From: an uncultured Clostridia bacterium | GTDB taxonomy: Bacteria; Bacillota; Clostridia; TANB77; CAG-508 | NCBI GenBank assembly: GCA_944386385.1 | Contig: CALXAV010000008.1 | Coordinates: 2,903 to 66,902 of the forward strand | Direction of reading: 5' to 3' | Length of the DNA stretch: 64,000 nt | In this document: one piece after another, positions 21,511 through 32,588 of the stretch | How the letters are laid out: the number at the start of each line of letters is the position of its first letter | How positions within the stretch are numbered: position 1 is the first letter of the stretch | Program-made: the position numbers and the translations under genes | Notes under the pieces: generated by a model | Databases searched by the model: none | The model's input: only the letters and a program-made list of their open reading frames with translations | What the model was told of the DNA's origin: nothing

Positions 21511-22146
21511 ATGAAAATAGAAAAATTGACAGAGGATAAGATTAGGATAATTGTTAACCCCTCTGATTTAGAATTAGAAAATTTAGACATGAAGTCCATA
21601 ATGACTAAAGCAATAGACCGCCAAGGATTTTTTATACATATGCTAGAAAAGGCAAAAGATGAAGTTGGTTTTAATACTGATGGTTGCAAGTTATTGATTG
21701 AAGCTTTTTCTTCCTCAGATGATATTTTAGTTTTTACTATTACCAAATATTCTGAAAGAGAGTCTTCTAAAAATACGGATTTAAATAAAAGGCTTAAAGT
21801 AAAAAGAAAATCTTTGAATGTAAGCAACAAAGAAGCTATTTACAAATTTAAGGACTTTGACGAGTTTTGTGATTTTTGTGAATGCATAAACAAGGAATAT
21901 AAATTTGATGTAAAGAAACTTTCTAAAAATACTTATCTATATCTATATAATAATACATATTATTTATTAATGAAAAACATAAACATAGATGAAATAGCAA
22001 TTAAAAACTTTTATTCTATTGCATCTGAGTTTTTAACCCCTGCTCATTACTCTAGTAGTTTTGAAAGTAAATTATTAGAACATGGAAAATTAATTATTAA
22101 AGGTAATTCTATCATTACTGGAATTAAATATTTTGTAAATAAATAA
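21511..22146 (+). CDS. mecA: Adaptor protein MecA
   Basis: MKIEKLTEDKIRI N-terminus; F.DFDE and LLEHG motifs. Confidence 0.8.
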   Translation: MKIEKLTEDKIRIIVNPSDLELENLDMKSIMTKAIDRQGFFIHMLEKAKDEVGFNTDGCKLLIEAFSSSDDILVFTITKYSERESSKNTDLNKRLKVKRKSLNVSNKEAIYKFKDFDEFCDFCECINKEYKFDVKKLSKNTYLYLYNNTYYLLMKNINIDEIAIKNFYSIASEFLTPAHYSSSFESKLLEHGKLIIKGNSIITGIKYFVNK

Positions 22147-22170
22147 ACTGGATAAAAATTATCCAGTTTT
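22144..22170. terminator. Bidirectional terminator between convergent genes
   Basis: AAACTGGATAA-AAA-TTATCCAGTTT. Confidence 0.7.
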
Positions 22171-22182
22171 TATATATCTTTT

Positions 22183-23202
22183 TTAATAAACATAGTTTTG
22201 TGGGTTATATGCAACACCATTTACTCTAACTTCTAAATGCAAATGTGGTCCTGTTGAATTTCCAGTAGAACCAACAGCTGCAATAGTTTGTCCTTGTGAT
22301 ACTTGTGTTCCTGTTCCTACATACAATTTACTGCAATGTGCATAATATGTCTGAACACCATTTCCGTGAGTTATTACAATCATATTACCATAAGAACCTT
22401 TATATCCTGAAAAAGTTACTGTTCCAGAAGCTGCTGCCTTTATTGGAGTTCCAGTTGAAGCTGATATATCTAATCCAGTATGTGAAGATCTTCTTATACT
22501 ACTTGATGCTCCAAATCTAGAAGTTATTACTCCTGAAATCGGTCTTATTAAACTTATTCCGATATTAGTCTTTGCACTTGATGTAGTTCCTTTTGTATTT
22601 ACTGTTCCAGTTGCTGCATATTTTGTAGAAGACTTACTACTTGATGCTACCACAACAGGCTTTGGTGGTTCTACATATAATTTTGATACAGCTTCTTCTG
22701 ATGTAACTAAATCTTTTAGTTCTGTTTCATATTTTTCTACAATTGCAATATTTTCTATATTTGAGCTATTTTTTTCTTTCAAATCACTTACTACTTTTTC
22801 TGCATCTTCAAAAGTACCAACATAAGTTTTTTCCTCTTGATTATCTGTTATTGCATAATATCTATAATATGTAACTCCTGATTCTTTTATTTTATTAAAT
22901 ATCTCATCATCATTTGGAACAATGTCTTTTTTAAGTAGACACAATTTGTATTCCGGTAAATTATCTACTTGAACAAATGCTACATTTGAATTCGTTCCAT
23001 CACCTTCATCAACATAATCGTTTATTCTATGTTGCAATCCAGTTCTATCTTCTGTATATCCTACTTGTTCTCCATTTATAAAAACACTATATGTTGGTTT
23101 ATATAAAAAAGCTATAGTCCCTATAATTAAAAAAGCTGCTATAACAAAAAGAATTATAAATTTAATCCCTCTTCTTGTGTGTATTAACACTTTTTTTAAC
23201 AT
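22183..23202 (-). CDS. M23 family metallopeptidase, membrane anchored
   Basis: HTGLD, YAH, STGPHLHLEV; likely start 23202 with RBS AAAGGAGA. Confidence 0.88.
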   Translation of the reverse strand: MLKKVLIHTRRGIKFIILFVIAAFLIIGTIAFLYKPTYSVFINGEQVGYTEDRTGLQHRINDYVDEGDGTNSNVAFVQVDNLPEYKLCLLKKDIVPNDDEIFNKIKESGVTYYRYYAITDNQEEKTYVGTFEDAEKVVSDLKEKNSSNIENIAIVEKYETELKDLVTSEEAVSKLYVEPPKPVVVASSSKSSTKYAATGTVNTKGTTSSAKTNIGISLIRPISGVITSRFGASSSIRRSSHTGLDISASTGTPIKAAASGTVTFSGYKGSYGNMIVITHGNGVQTYYAHCSKLYVGTGTQVSQGQTIAAVGSTGNSTGPHLHLEVRVNGVAYNPQNYVY

Positions 23203-23441
23203 CAATATTCTCTCCTTTGTACATTTTATCCCATTATTCATTGTAATCATATTGTAATATTTCCTTTTTTGCAAAGGGATTCTCCTTTAAATTTCCGTAG
23301 CTTTTCTCCGATTTTTTCTTTTTATCTCTTTTTTATTAGTTTTATCTCGTTTTTTCTTTTTTTATTATGTAAAAATAGAAATGTCAAAAAATCAACATTT
23401 CTATTTATCATTGTATTATCTAATTATTATAAATTATAAAT

Positions 23442-25864
23442 TTAAAGTGGTATAAGTACAGAACGAAAACCAGTATTATAATTAGCGTCTCCATCATTAC
23501 GTCTAAAGTAAAATATTCCTGCACTCTCACCATTTAAATATCGTCCTCCTCTATGAGTGAACGGGAAACCTAATCCAGGAAAATATGACCCATCATTGTT
23601 CCAAGAAGTATTGTCAAATCCTCTCGTAGATGTTTCTCTAATTGCATCTCCAAATATTCTTATATTTAATAAATAATTTGCCACACATGCCGTATATGCA
23701 TTTTCATCAGTTTGAGAAATCTCTAAATTATCACTAGATACATCATATGGATATACTGTTGTATATTTTGTACTTGTTCCTTTTAAAGTATCTCCATCAT
23801 ATGTCAAACTCTCTCCATGACTTTTTAGAAATTCATTTCCGTTAGCTATATATCCTGCTGTTCTTTCTACTAATCCTCCACTCAAATCATATACACCATA
23901 CATATTTAAAGTAGAACTTGATTTTTGTCCTTCTTCTTGATCCCATGCATATATACCATTGGTTGGTATATTTCCACTTCTATTATTTATGCCATTAATA
24001 TCACTTTCAGTTGTTATTTTTTCTTCATCATTTGTTTTTCCTGTTGTTACACCAGTAAGTGCATGTAGACTATCTATCCCTGATTTTCCCACTGTTTCTG
24101 TTCTTTTCCTGCTTCCGCTATTTAAGTTTATATTATTCATATATGCTTCTATCGCATTTGTCCCATACTTACTCCAAGATAAATATGCTATTGCACCCCA
24201 TTCACTATTTTTGATTAAGTGTGAATCTGTATTTAGGTTATTTAAACCATATATGTTTCCCTTATCTGTTAATCCTCTTGATACATTATATGCATCATTT
24301 ATATTTACAAAATTCATTGAATATGTTATAGCCTGAAATGTTGGATATTTAACTAATGTAGTCGTTGAACTATATACCCCATCTAACCAATTTCTTGCAG
24401 GTTGATAATTCGACTCGGCTGTTCTTCCTAATTCTGTTGCTGATACTGTACAAATATTTTGGCTATAATTCACATTACTTGCTTTTACTTCTGCATTATT
24501 ATTTCCACTTGCATATCCTGCTTCAAACTTTGCTACCCATATTCCTGTTAATTCTTTATCCCAACCTCCGTTTGCATAATCTATACTACTTTCATCTGTA
24601 AATGCTGGGTGTACATAGTAATCACTTGTTGTATCTACTATCTCATCTTTTGATGTCGCTCTTTTTGCTGTTTGTATATTTCCACCATTATCATAATATT
24701 GGTCTGTATCTTCTATTAAGAATTTTACATCTATAGTTCCACCTTTTGATTTATCACTAGGGTCTTCATATGTTATTTTATATGCAAATCTCGGTATCCA
24801 TACCCACATGCTTCCATCTTCTGTTGTACTGTTTGCCCACTTTTTATTTCCATAGTCATACCATATATTACTGTTAAATGCTGTATCTCCTAGTTTTATT
24901 GTTTCTCCTTTTGCATTTCCTTCTGGTAATTTAAATGTTGTCTCTGTCATTCCTTCTAACATTTCTGGTGCATTCGCTTTTACTGCTTCTATTTGTTTCT
25001 CTTCTGATTCAATATTTCCATTTACTATCTTTACTGTATACATTCCCGGTTTGTCTACAAAGAAACTTAAATCTTCACTTGTTGACCAATAATCCTGACC
25101 TTCTAATTTATATTTCACTTCCCATTTATCTATATATCCATCATTATATTCTATATTTGATATTTTTATATTACTTCTTCCGTTTGTCCAGTTATCACAT
25201 GATAAATCAAATGTTGGTCCTCCTGCATTCTTATCTTCATATTCAACATTATATAATCCATTTGGTAACTGGTCTAATGTATAATATGTTGTTCCTTCAT
25301 ATTCAAATCCCAAATAACTCACCACACTTCTTTTTTCTACATTCACAAAGAATTCTTCCTCTACACCATCTATTCCCAATCTCTGTATAGTTTCTTGGTC
25401 GTAATACCTATATCCTGTTTTATCTGTTATCCCTGATGCCTCACTTGTAAATACCTTATCTGCTTGTCCATCTAATTCTTTTCCTAAATTTAATACATCT
25501 TTACCATTACTATATCTATCATACAAATCATTTACTTCTGTTTGCATTACTTTCATTTCTGTAGTAAATCTATTCAATTTTGATTGTCTTATAATTCCCA
25601 CTCCACTATATGTTGCAATAGATGCTAGTATTAATAACACCACTATTGTAACTATTAAACTTATTAACGTTATTCCCTTAACTTCACCTATTTCTAATTT
25701 TCTTTTACTTTTAAACGTACGAAAAGATAGCAACAATAGCCTGCTTAGCAGACTTTTATTACTATCTTCTTTATTATCTATTTTTATATTTTTTACTAAT
25801 AACCTACTTGTGTGTGTGTGTGTGTGTGTACAGCCTCAAGGCTTTCAAGTTCTACTTTTTTCAT
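23442..25864 (-). CDS. Type IV pilin-like protein with C-terminal FGE/C-type-lectin-like domain; phase-variable, currently OFF
   Basis: KGITLISLIVTIVVLLILA; YGVYDLSGG and terminal GFRSVL motifs; ATG 25864 with RBS GAAGGAG is out of frame by one AC unit. Confidence 0.78.
25809..25829 (-). repeat. (AC)10A simple sequence repeat in 5' coding region, out of frame (OFF)
   Basis: (TG)10T on + strand; frame gives MKKVELESLEAVHTHTHTQVGY then stop at 25798-25796. Confidence 0.93.
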
Positions 25865-25995
25865 TGTTTTACTCCTTCTTTAGTTATTTCTTATTCTAAT
25901 CTTATACAAATCCACTTTCTTTGTCAATTGTTTTTAAATTAATTTATTATTTTTATAACTAAAAAGTGCCTAATATCTTTATTAGGCACTCTCTT

Positions 25996-26241
25996 TTATC
26001 CTTGCATCTCTGATTTTACTGTATTTATTTCAGTTACTGTAGCTTTTTGGGCTGGTATATAATACCCTTTACTTTGAGCTATTTTGAATAATTCATATTG
26101 AAAACTTTCATCATTATTTCTAATTTGTTGAAATGTTTGTCTTAACCCAATATTTTCACATTCTGAAATTGCTGTTTGATATGCTGTTAAATCAGACTTA
26201 ACTCCTGCTAAAATATCATTTACCATTACTTTTTCGTCCAT
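25996..26241 (-). CDS. Spore coat protein, Coat F-like
   Basis: Y.TAI.E..N..LRQTFQQI....E..QYELF..A..KGYY. Confidence 0.75.
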   Translation of the reverse strand: MDEKVMVNDILAGVKSDLTAYQTAISECENIGLRQTFQQIRNNDESFQYELFKIAQSKGYYIPAQKATVTEINTVKSEMQG

Positions 26242-26255
26242 TACTTTTCCTCCTT

Positions 26256-26450
26256 CTAATTATTATTTCCTAAAAAGCTCATTAATTTTTGTTTTGTATT
26301 TAGAGCATCTTGAGCTGATTTCGTAAACAACTGTTTAATTTGTGGGTCAACAGCTTGTGAAGCATATGTGTTTAATTTTTGATATGTTGTTTCATGTGCT
26401 CCTATTAAATGTCTTAAATGTTGTAATTCCATTTGATTTAAATCTGGCAT
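26256..26450 (-). CDS. Small spore-coat-associated protein
   Basis: LNQMELQHLRHLI...KL..YA.QA.DPQIK; paired with Coat F-like gene. Confidence 0.65.
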   Translation of the reverse strand: MPDLNQMELQHLRHLIGAHETTYQKLNTYASQAVDPQIKQLFTKSAQDALNTKQKLMSFLGNNN

Positions 26451-26542
26451 ATTTATCCTTCCTTTCATTTAAAATCTAAAAATATTATTTCCAGTTTTAT
26501 ACCTTTTATACCAAAAATAAAATTTATTATCTTTTTATCAAA

Positions 26543-26571
26543 TTGCTCTTTATACAAATATTTGCTATAAC
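26543..26571 (+). promoter_or_regulatory. Extended -10 sigma-A promoter with no downstream ORF
   Basis: TTGCTC-17bp-TATAAC with TG extension. Confidence 0.5.
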
Positions 26572-26671
26572 ATTTAAAAATAGATAGTTATTTACCTTGT
26601 GAAATTTTTTGAAGGGAAGAAAAACAACAATCCCCTTTAAGTTAAACTTAAAGAGGATTATATTTATTTTT

Positions 26672-27232
26672 TTACTTTAGTAAAATATTTTCTACTTCTT
26701 TCCAATTATTTACTCTTACAAACTTATTCTCTTTTAATTCTTCATCTGTCATATTTTTATTATGATATGCAGTAAATAATAATTTTAATTCAGCCTTTCC
26801 CATTAGTTTTTTAGGACTATCATCAATTCTAATATCTGCTTCTAACAATTCTTTATTAGAAATAAATATAAATTTATGAGGATCAATAAATGGAAAATTC
26901 TTAATTAGAAAATTATATTTATCATATAAAGTTTTTCCTGATACTTGTGGTGCATCTCTAAAAACATATGCTGTAGCAATATAAACATCATAAACTTTAT
27001 TTAGTTTTTCCATAACTTCTTGAGCACCCTCAACAATATCAACATAGTCATATGCATTTTTAGTAGAATACCACTTAACCCACTCTTCTAATCTATCTTT
27101 TGGTATTAAATCATTTATATAATAACTTCCTGCATCTTCTTGTTTGTAATTTGTTCCCAAAAATTCATTAACCATTCTAATGAATCCTTTTTCACAAAGT
27201 ACATCATCCATATCTATCATTAATTTCTTCAT
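26672..27232 (-). CDS. 5'(3')-deoxyribonucleotidase, NT5C family (HAD)
   Basis: IDMDDVL, IDDSP, RVNNW motifs. Confidence 0.85.
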   Translation of the reverse strand: MKKLMIDMDDVLCEKGFIRMVNEFLGTNYKQEDAGSYYINDLIPKDRLEEWVKWYSTKNAYDYVDIVEGAQEVMEKLNKVYDVYIATAYVFRDAPQVSGKTLYDKYNFLIKNFPFIDPHKFIFISNKELLEADIRIDDSPKKLMGKAELKLLFTAYHNKNMTDEELKENKFVRVNNWKEVENILLK

Positions 27233-27248
27233 AAACATCTTTCCTTTA

Positions 27249-29561
27249 TTAATTATCAATTACTTCTAAATTAGCAAACTTAGCCATTAATCTCTTATGT
27301 CCTACTTTATCAAAATTGATATCTACTTTTAGGTCTTCTCCTTCTGGTTCTACTTTATTTATTGTACCTTCTCCAAATTTCTTATGGAATATTCTTACTC
27401 CTTCTTTATATTGAGACAAATCAACTTCTTTATTTGTCTTTTTATTTAGATTACTTAAAAAGCTCTCTGCTGTTCTAAACATAAAGTTATTACTATTGCT
27501 CTTACTTGCTGCTGCAACAGGTTCTTTAGTATCAATTTTATAACTTTTCACTTTACCCGCATTTTGACTACCATAAGTCCAACTATAATTAGAATCTTTA
27601 AACATTCTATCTTTATTAGATGTTTCTCCAAATGCTTCTTCATATCCTTCCAACAAATCTTCTGGAATTTCTTTTAAAAATCTAGATACTTGGTTATAAC
27701 TTGTTGAACCAAATATAGTTCTTTGTTTGCTACAAGTTAAAAATAAATGTTCTTTTGCTCTTGTTATCCCAACATAACATAAACGTCTTTCTTCTTCCAA
27801 CTCTTTTGGTTCAGATATTGATTTATATCCAGGGAATATTCCCTCTTCCATACCTACTAAAAATACTACTGGGAATTCTAATCCTTTTGCACTATGTAAA
27901 GTCATTAATGTTACGTAATCTGCATCTTCATCTAAATCATCAATATCACTAGATAATGTTATTCCTTCTAAGAATTCTCTTAGACCATTTTCTGCCTCTT
28001 GTTCTTCAAATTCTATTGCTACTGTTAAAAATTCGTCTAAGTTTTCTATTCTATTTTCCGCTTCTATTGTATTTTCATTTTGAAGAGCTTTAGTATAACC
28101 TGTTTTCTTTAAGGTTTCTTTAATTAATTCTGAAATAGGCATTTCGTCTTTCTTTGCTTTTAACTCTTCAATTGCATTTACAAATTCTCTTGAATTTAAA
28201 AATACTCTATTTAGTCCAAATTCATCTGCTCTTTTAATTATTTCATACATAGGAATTTCTGTTTCATTAGATAAAGCTTCTATTTTATCTAAACTTGTTT
28301 TTCCTATTCCTCTTTTAGGTTCATTTATTATTCTTCTTAAGCTTAGATTATCATTAGAATTTTGTATTAATCTTAAATATGCAATAATATCTTTAATTTC
28401 TTTTCTTTCATAGAATTTTAAACCACCAATTATTTTATATGGTATGTTTTCTCTTCTTAAAATATCTTCTATTGCTCTTGATTGAGTATTCATTCTATAA
28501 AGAATAGCAAAATCTTGATATTTATAATATTCTTCTCTTTTTAAATGTTCTATTTGTTCTACAATATAACTTGCTTCATCATATTCATTATCTGCTTGAT
28601 ATACTTTTGGTAAATTTCCTTCTTCATTTTGAGTCCATAATTCTTTTTTATATTTTACTTCATTATTTTTAATAACACTATTTGCTGCTTTTAATATATT
28701 TCCTGTGCAACGATAATTTTGCTCTAATTTTATTATTTTAGTTCCTTGGAAATCTTTTTCAAAGTTTAATATAATAGAAATGTCAGCACCTCTAAAAGAA
28801 TATATACCCTGGTCATTATCTCCTACTGCTGTAATATTTTTATATTTTGATGCTAAAATAGTAACTAATGTAAATTGTGATCTATTTGTATCTTGATATT
28901 CATCTACTAATACATACTTAAATTTACTAGTATAATACTCTCTTATATCTTCATTTTCTTGTAATATTTTTATTGTATAATTTATAATATCGTCAAAGTC
29001 TATTGCATTATTTTCTTTTAATCTCTTTTGATATAATTCATATACAGTTGCAATTTTTTCTTTTCTAAAATCTCCATTTGCCCTTAAAGTATATTGGTCC
29101 GGTTCTAACATTTCATTTTTTGCATTACTAATTTCTGATAAAACTGCTCTATCATTAAATAATTTATCATCTATATTTAAATCTTTTAAGCAATTTTTTA
29201 CTAATGTTCTTTGGTCTGTTGTATCAAATATAATAAATGATGTATCAAATCCAATTCTATCTATAAATCTTCTTAAGATTCTTACACAAATAGAATGGTA
29301 TGTTCCCATCCAAATATCTGCGGCCTCATCTCCAACTAAATTTGCAATTCTTTCTTTCATCTCATTTGCTGCTTTATTTGTAAATGTAATTGCTAAGATA
29401 TCCCAAGGTTTTACTCCTTTTTCTTTTATTAAATATGCAATTTTATGTGTTAACACTTTTGTTTTTCCGCTTCCTGCTCCTGCTATTACTAAGCATGGAC
29501 CTTCTGTATTTACTACGGCTTCATATTGTTTATCGTTTAATCCTTCTAATATTTCTGACAT
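27249..29561 (-). CDS. pcrA: ATP-dependent DNA helicase PcrA
   Basis: AGAGSGKT, DEYQD, TLHSAKGLEF, EEERRLCYVGITRA. Confidence 0.95.
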   Translation of the reverse strand: MSEILEGLNDKQYEAVVNTEGPCLVIAGAGSGKTKVLTHKIAYLIKEKGVKPWDILAITFTNKAANEMKERIANLVGDEAADIWMGTYHSICVRILRRFIDRIGFDTSFIIFDTTDQRTLVKNCLKDLNIDDKLFNDRAVLSEISNAKNEMLEPDQYTLRANGDFRKEKIATVYELYQKRLKENNAIDFDDIINYTIKILQENEDIREYYTSKFKYVLVDEYQDTNRSQFTLVTILASKYKNITAVGDNDQGIYSFRGADISIILNFEKDFQGTKIIKLEQNYRCTGNILKAANSVIKNNEVKYKKELWTQNEEGNLPKVYQADNEYDEASYIVEQIEHLKREEYYKYQDFAILYRMNTQSRAIEDILRRENIPYKIIGGLKFYERKEIKDIIAYLRLIQNSNDNLSLRRIINEPKRGIGKTSLDKIEALSNETEIPMYEIIKRADEFGLNRVFLNSREFVNAIEELKAKKDEMPISELIKETLKKTGYTKALQNENTIEAENRIENLDEFLTVAIEFEEQEAENGLREFLEGITLSSDIDDLDEDADYVTLMTLHSAKGLEFPVVFLVGMEEGIFPGYKSISEPKELEEERRLCYVGITRAKEHLFLTCSKQRTIFGSTSYNQVSRFLKEIPEDLLEGYEEAFGETSNKDRMFKDSNYSWTYGSQNAGKVKSYKIDTKEPVAAASKSNSNNFMFRTAESFLSNLNKKTNKEVDLSQYKEGVRIFHKKFGEGTINKVEPEGEDLKVDINFDKVGHKRLMAKFANLEVIDN

Positions 29562-29647
29562 TTATTTTTCCCTTTCTCTTTTTAATTTTGACTTTTTTTA
29601 TTATATCAACATGTCCAATTCTTTACAAGCGAACAAAACAAATTTTT

Positions 29648-30118
29648 CTATTTTTTATTTATCTTTTTTAATAATAATTCTATACACTCACTAATCTCTT
29701 TACTACATTCTAAATATGTTTCTTTATCATATCCCCAAGGGTCTGCTATATCTATCTCATCATGATTTTGCTCATCATATTCTACATATTCTTTCATTGT
29801 AAAAACTTTTCCTTTTAATTCTGGATATAATTTCAAAACATCTCTTTTATGATATTTAGTAGCACATAATACTAAATCCATATCTTTAATGTTTGAATTT
29901 CTAATATTGGTTGCTCTATGTTTTTCTAAATTAACATCGTAATAATTTTTCATGATGTATTTTGCTTCCCATGTAGATTCTTCCCCATTATATGCATGCA
30001 CTCCAGATGAGTACACTTTTACATTTTCTATTTTTAAATCTTTTAATCTTTTTTCTAGTAAGTGATGTGCCATTGCACTTCTACATATATTTCCTGTACA
30101 TATAAACATTATATTCAT
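29648..30118 (-). CDS. Low-molecular-weight protein arginine/tyrosine phosphatase
   Basis: CTGNICRS, DIADPW. Confidence 0.9.
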   Translation of the reverse strand: MNIMFICTGNICRSAMAHHLLEKRLKDLKIENVKVYSSGVHAYNGEESTWEAKYIMKNYYDVNLEKHRATNIRNSNIKDMDLVLCATKYHKRDVLKLYPELKGKVFTMKEYVEYDEQNHDEIDIADPWGYDKETYLECSKEISECIELLLKKINKK

Positions 30119-31695
30119 ATATTATTTGCCTCCTCTAACCCCACTAAAAACAAGAATGCATATGCTGGTATTTTTACTAATTTTTTATTGTTTTCTAATG
30201 TTATAACTTCACTATCAAAATCATTTTTATTTATTATGAACAATTTATCTTTTTTATCTGTTTTAGTATATAGAGGATTATCCTTTTCTACATTTGCTTT
30301 TTCTCTATACTTCACTTCTATATACATATTTTCTTTTACAGAGTTAGTAACGACATCTATTTCTTTTCCCTTTTTATCTCTATAAAAACCAATTTCTCCT
30401 GTCATATTTTGCATATAAGTATGCATATGTCTATATACAGCTGTTTCTACAATATGCCCCATTTCTGTTGCATCTGTATAAAATTCTTTTTTCATTAAAG
30501 TGGCATTACGTATTGCACCATCAACTATATATATTTTAGGAGTTGACTTTAACATTTTAATTCCTACTTCGTTTAAAGGATTACTTATATAAATTAAATT
30601 CGCTTTTTCTAAAATATTTATATAGTCTTGTACAGTAGGCACCGAAACTTCTTCTAAATTTCTTGCTATTTTGTTATAGCTTACCATATTTCCTGATTCA
30701 AAACATAAATATATAAATATATTTTCTAATGTGCTTATATTTCTTATTTTAAATATTTGTGGAATATCTTTTCTTATAGCTTTCTCTACAACATCTTCTC
30801 GTAATATTTTTTGTGCATTATCATCATTTTTTGATAATACTAATTCCGGAAAACCTCCAATAAATAAGTATCTATTAAAATCTTCTCTTATTGGTTCTAA
30901 TATATTTATTAATTTTTTTAACTCTTCTGTTGACATTTCTTCTAATTTTGTTATAGAAAAATCTTTAGGTATTTGTTTTTTTATATTTCCAACAACAGAT
31001 TTATAACTCGTAAGTAGTGAAGATATTTCTTCTGTATTTTCAGTTTTTATTAACTCTTCCTTCATATCTTCTGGTAATTCTTTTAATATTTCTAAGATAT
31101 CCATACCAGTAAGTTCTGTTTTTTCATAAAGAAGTACACAATACTCATAGAAAGATAGTGTTGGAACAGATATTGTTGTCCATCTTCCTACACCACTTTC
31201 TACGCTTCCCTTGTCCAATTCTGAACTTGCACTTCCAGTTGCTACAATATTCCAATCTTTGTTAGTATCATAAAACACTTTAAGCCAAGAATTCCATTCT
31301 TTTGCATATTGTACTTCATCTAGAAAAATATATAATTTACCTTTTGGCATTATATTATTAATATATAATTCTATTAATTTATTTAAATCCTTACTCCCTA
31401 CTATTGGATTATCTAAAGATACATAAAAAATATTTTTTTCATTAACGCCTTTATTTAACAATTCATTTATCAATTGATACATAATTGTAGTCTTCCCAAC
31501 TCTTCTTGCTCCTGATAATAATACAAACCTTCTTATGTCACTATCCAAGAAAGTTTCTTTTGCTTTATAAAAACTTATTCTTTTTATATTTTGTAAATCA
31601 CTTTTCTTTACCATTCCTGTTTTCCACCAAGGATTATATGTATCAAAAAACTTTAGTATTTCTTCTTCAGGAAAAATATTCATTATATCACCCAC
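30115..31695 (-). CDS. AAA+ ATP-binding protein (AAA_14 with DUF4143-like C-terminus)
   Basis: GARRVGKT, LDEVQ, GGFPE, EID...IEVKY. Confidence 0.85.
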   Translation of the reverse strand: MGDIMNIFPEEEILKFFDTYNPWWKTGMVKKSDLQNIKRISFYKAKETFLDSDIRRFVLLSGARRVGKTTIMYQLINELLNKGVNEKNIFYVSLDNPIVGSKDLNKLIELYINNIMPKGKLYIFLDEVQYAKEWNSWLKVFYDTNKDWNIVATGSASSELDKGSVESGVGRWTTISVPTLSFYEYCVLLYEKTELTGMDILEILKELPEDMKEELIKTENTEEISSLLTSYKSVVGNIKKQIPKDFSITKLEEMSTEELKKLINILEPIREDFNRYLFIGGFPELVLSKNDDNAQKILREDVVEKAIRKDIPQIFKIRNISTLENIFIYLCFESGNMVSYNKIARNLEEVSVPTVQDYINILEKANLIYISNPLNEVGIKMLKSTPKIYIVDGAIRNATLMKKEFYTDATEMGHIVETAVYRHMHTYMQNMTGEIGFYRDKKGKEIDVVTNSVKENMYIEVKYREKANVEKDNPLYTKTDKKDKLFIINKNDFDSEVITLENNKKLVKIPAYAFLFLVGLEEANNI

Positions 31696-31782
31696 TTATA
31701 AAATATATTTTATATTTTGTATATATTATTATAAAATATATTTAATAAAATGTCAATTTTTTATTAAATTGCTTCTTTAAAA

Positions 31783-32523
31783 TTACAATTTAGTAGCAAA
31801 AATACCTATTATAAAACCTAACATATTTCCAATAGCTGTCATTCTTCCATGATATAAACTATTTGATTCTGGGATTAGTTCTCCTGATACTATATAAAGC
31901 ATTGCACCTGCGGCAAAACTTAAACAAATTGAAATTACTTGTTCTGAAATAGAACCTACTATTGCTCCAAAAAATGCCCCTATTCCTGTCGTTACTCCTG
32001 ATAAAATAACATAGAAAATAACTTTAAAAGGATTCATTCCCCCGTTTTTCATAGGAATTGACATACTAATTCCTTCTGGCACATCGTGAAGACATATTGC
32101 AATTGCTAGACTTAATCCTAGTTTTAATGAAGATTCAAATCCAGAACCTATTGCTAATCCTTCTGGGAAATTATGAATAGCTAGACCAATTGATACTATC
32201 ATTCCAGTTTTTAATAATTTACTTTGTTTATTATGTACCTGTACTTTTCCACTAAATTTTTTATCTACTAACAAATCACAAAAAATCATAGCAATTATTC
32301 CTAAAATTACTCCAATAATTACTTCTATTATATTACTAATCTCTAAAGCTTCTGGTATTAAATCAAAACATATTACCGCCATCATCAATCCTGATGCTAA
32401 AGCTAAGATAAAACTTAAAAACTTATTAGATTGTTTCTTTATAACAACTCCTAAGATACCTCCTAGTGTAGTTCCAAAAGTTCCAAAAAATAATCCTAAA
32501 AGTGTTGTTTTTAATATTTCCAT
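31783..32523 (-). CDS. ZIP family metal transporter (ZupT-like)
   Basis: HNFPEGLAIG, HDVPEG. Confidence 0.9.
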   Translation of the reverse strand: MEILKTTLLGLFFGTFGTTLGGILGVVIKKQSNKFLSFILALASGLMMAVICFDLIPEALEISNIIEVIIGVILGIIAMIFCDLLVDKKFSGKVQVHNKQSKLLKTGMIVSIGLAIHNFPEGLAIGSGFESSLKLGLSLAIAICLHDVPEGISMSIPMKNGGMNPFKVIFYVILSGVTTGIGAFFGAIVGSISEQVISICLSFAAGAMLYIVSGELIPESNSLYHGRMTAIGNMLGFIIGIFATKL

Positions 32524-32588
32524 AAATAAAAAACTCCTTACAATTCCTATATTCTAATTTATTGTAAAGAGCTTAATAATATTCTTTT

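Noticed and set aside
21541..21549. AGG as a second frameshift or reassigned codon
   Set aside because: AGG occurs in frame as Arg in intact genes (mecA IRI, vanW NRD) and tRNA-Arg(CCU) is present.
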